A DNA stretch of 64,000 bases from Octopus sinensis (Eukaryota), in contig NC_043015.1 in assembly GCF_006345805.1 (NCBI RefSeq), forward strand, positions 11,718,001-11,782,000, given 5' to 3'. Shown piece by piece: positions 63,129 through 64,000 of this stretch. Numbering within the stretch: position 1 is the stretch's first letter; every line of letters starts with the position of its first letter. The translations under genes and the position numbers were made by a program. The notes beneath the pieces were generated by a model. It made no database searches, was not told the DNA's origin, and saw nothing but the letters and a program-made list of their open reading frames with translations.

Positions 63129-64000
63129 CTTCAAATAAATATTATGCTTATACCTAGTCTAAAGTGAACAATATAATACATTCTTCCCTAAATGCCATGA
63201 TCGCAGCTCGATTTCACCAACTGTTTCAGCACGTACATTTCATTTATAATTTTAATATAAATACTTCAGTTTAACTTTCCCACCTGAAGTGCATGACATT
63301 TGGAACTTTACCCTTAAAAATATATTTCATTTTGTTTCTTGCATACTTTTACGAGTATTACAATTTGTTCTTCGTTACAGGTTTCCAACCAGCTAATCAC
63401 TGGTCCGCTTAAACTAGTTGTTGGACTTATTACGATATATAAACGAGCATACGGATACGACCATGTTATTGATTTGTTTTTTTTTTGCTTTTAAAATTAT
63501 TTCTTTGTTCTGCTTATCAATTTCTATTTTTTATATATGTTCCATTGTTTCCATATTGTTTATGATTATTAGATCATTTTATCATTAGGCCCTGGATGTT
63601 TTATTGGAGGAAGAGATTAAGACTGCTTACCTTCATAACACTCATCCACCGCATAGATATGTGAGGTCGATGCGTTTGATATTCGATTTGAAGAAGTGAA
63701 CTTTGCAGGATGTATAGATACGGTATTCCAAAAGGCCGACATTCTTGGTAGCAGAATCTGAAATATATGCAATCCGGCAGAGGAGAGGAGGAAAGATGAA
63801 TGAATCAGACAGAGCTAGGTACACTGGCTCGAAATCAACCAGTTGCTAGAAATATAACCATTCTCGTAGAGGTAGAAAAGGCAAAGGGAAAGGGAAGTGC
63901 GTACGTCGGTGGACCAAAGACAAGGCTGTGTTATTAAATACTCAACACGATGCCAGTTAGGTGAAATATTGTTTAGAATGTGGTCTATTATTTCCGGATG

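Noticed and set aside
63590-63900. Coding exon near the window end
   Set aside because: Frames are broken by stops and no motif could be assigned.

Overview
Eukaryotic, AT-rich, microsatellite-dense DNA that reads like cephalopod genomic sequence, probably Octopus. That assignment is inferred from the SINE families and the (TA)n/(TACA)n/(GATA)n/(TAA)n load, not from a search. No intact host gene is visible, and nearly all tracked ORFs are translations of simple repeats. The window is a transposon graveyard: at least three tRNA-derived SINE families, Penelope-like elements (PLEs; RT plus GIY-YIG), R4/Dong-like RLE retrotransposons, RTE, CR1 and I-like LINE pieces, eroded BEL/Pao pol, several Tc1/mariner relics, a Helitron-like element and MITEs. 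The most striking signal is a set of about 10 type I hammerhead ribozyme (HHR) motifs from at least four sequence families. They sit in short PLE-pLTR/retrozyme-like units that end in (TA)n tracts and are repeatedly arranged as fold-back inverted repeats. The best case is a 314-bp-arm inverted repeat at 41.3-42.1 kb carrying one HHR on each strand. Protein-family calls come from manual translation and motif recognition; ribozyme activity is inferred from sequence only.
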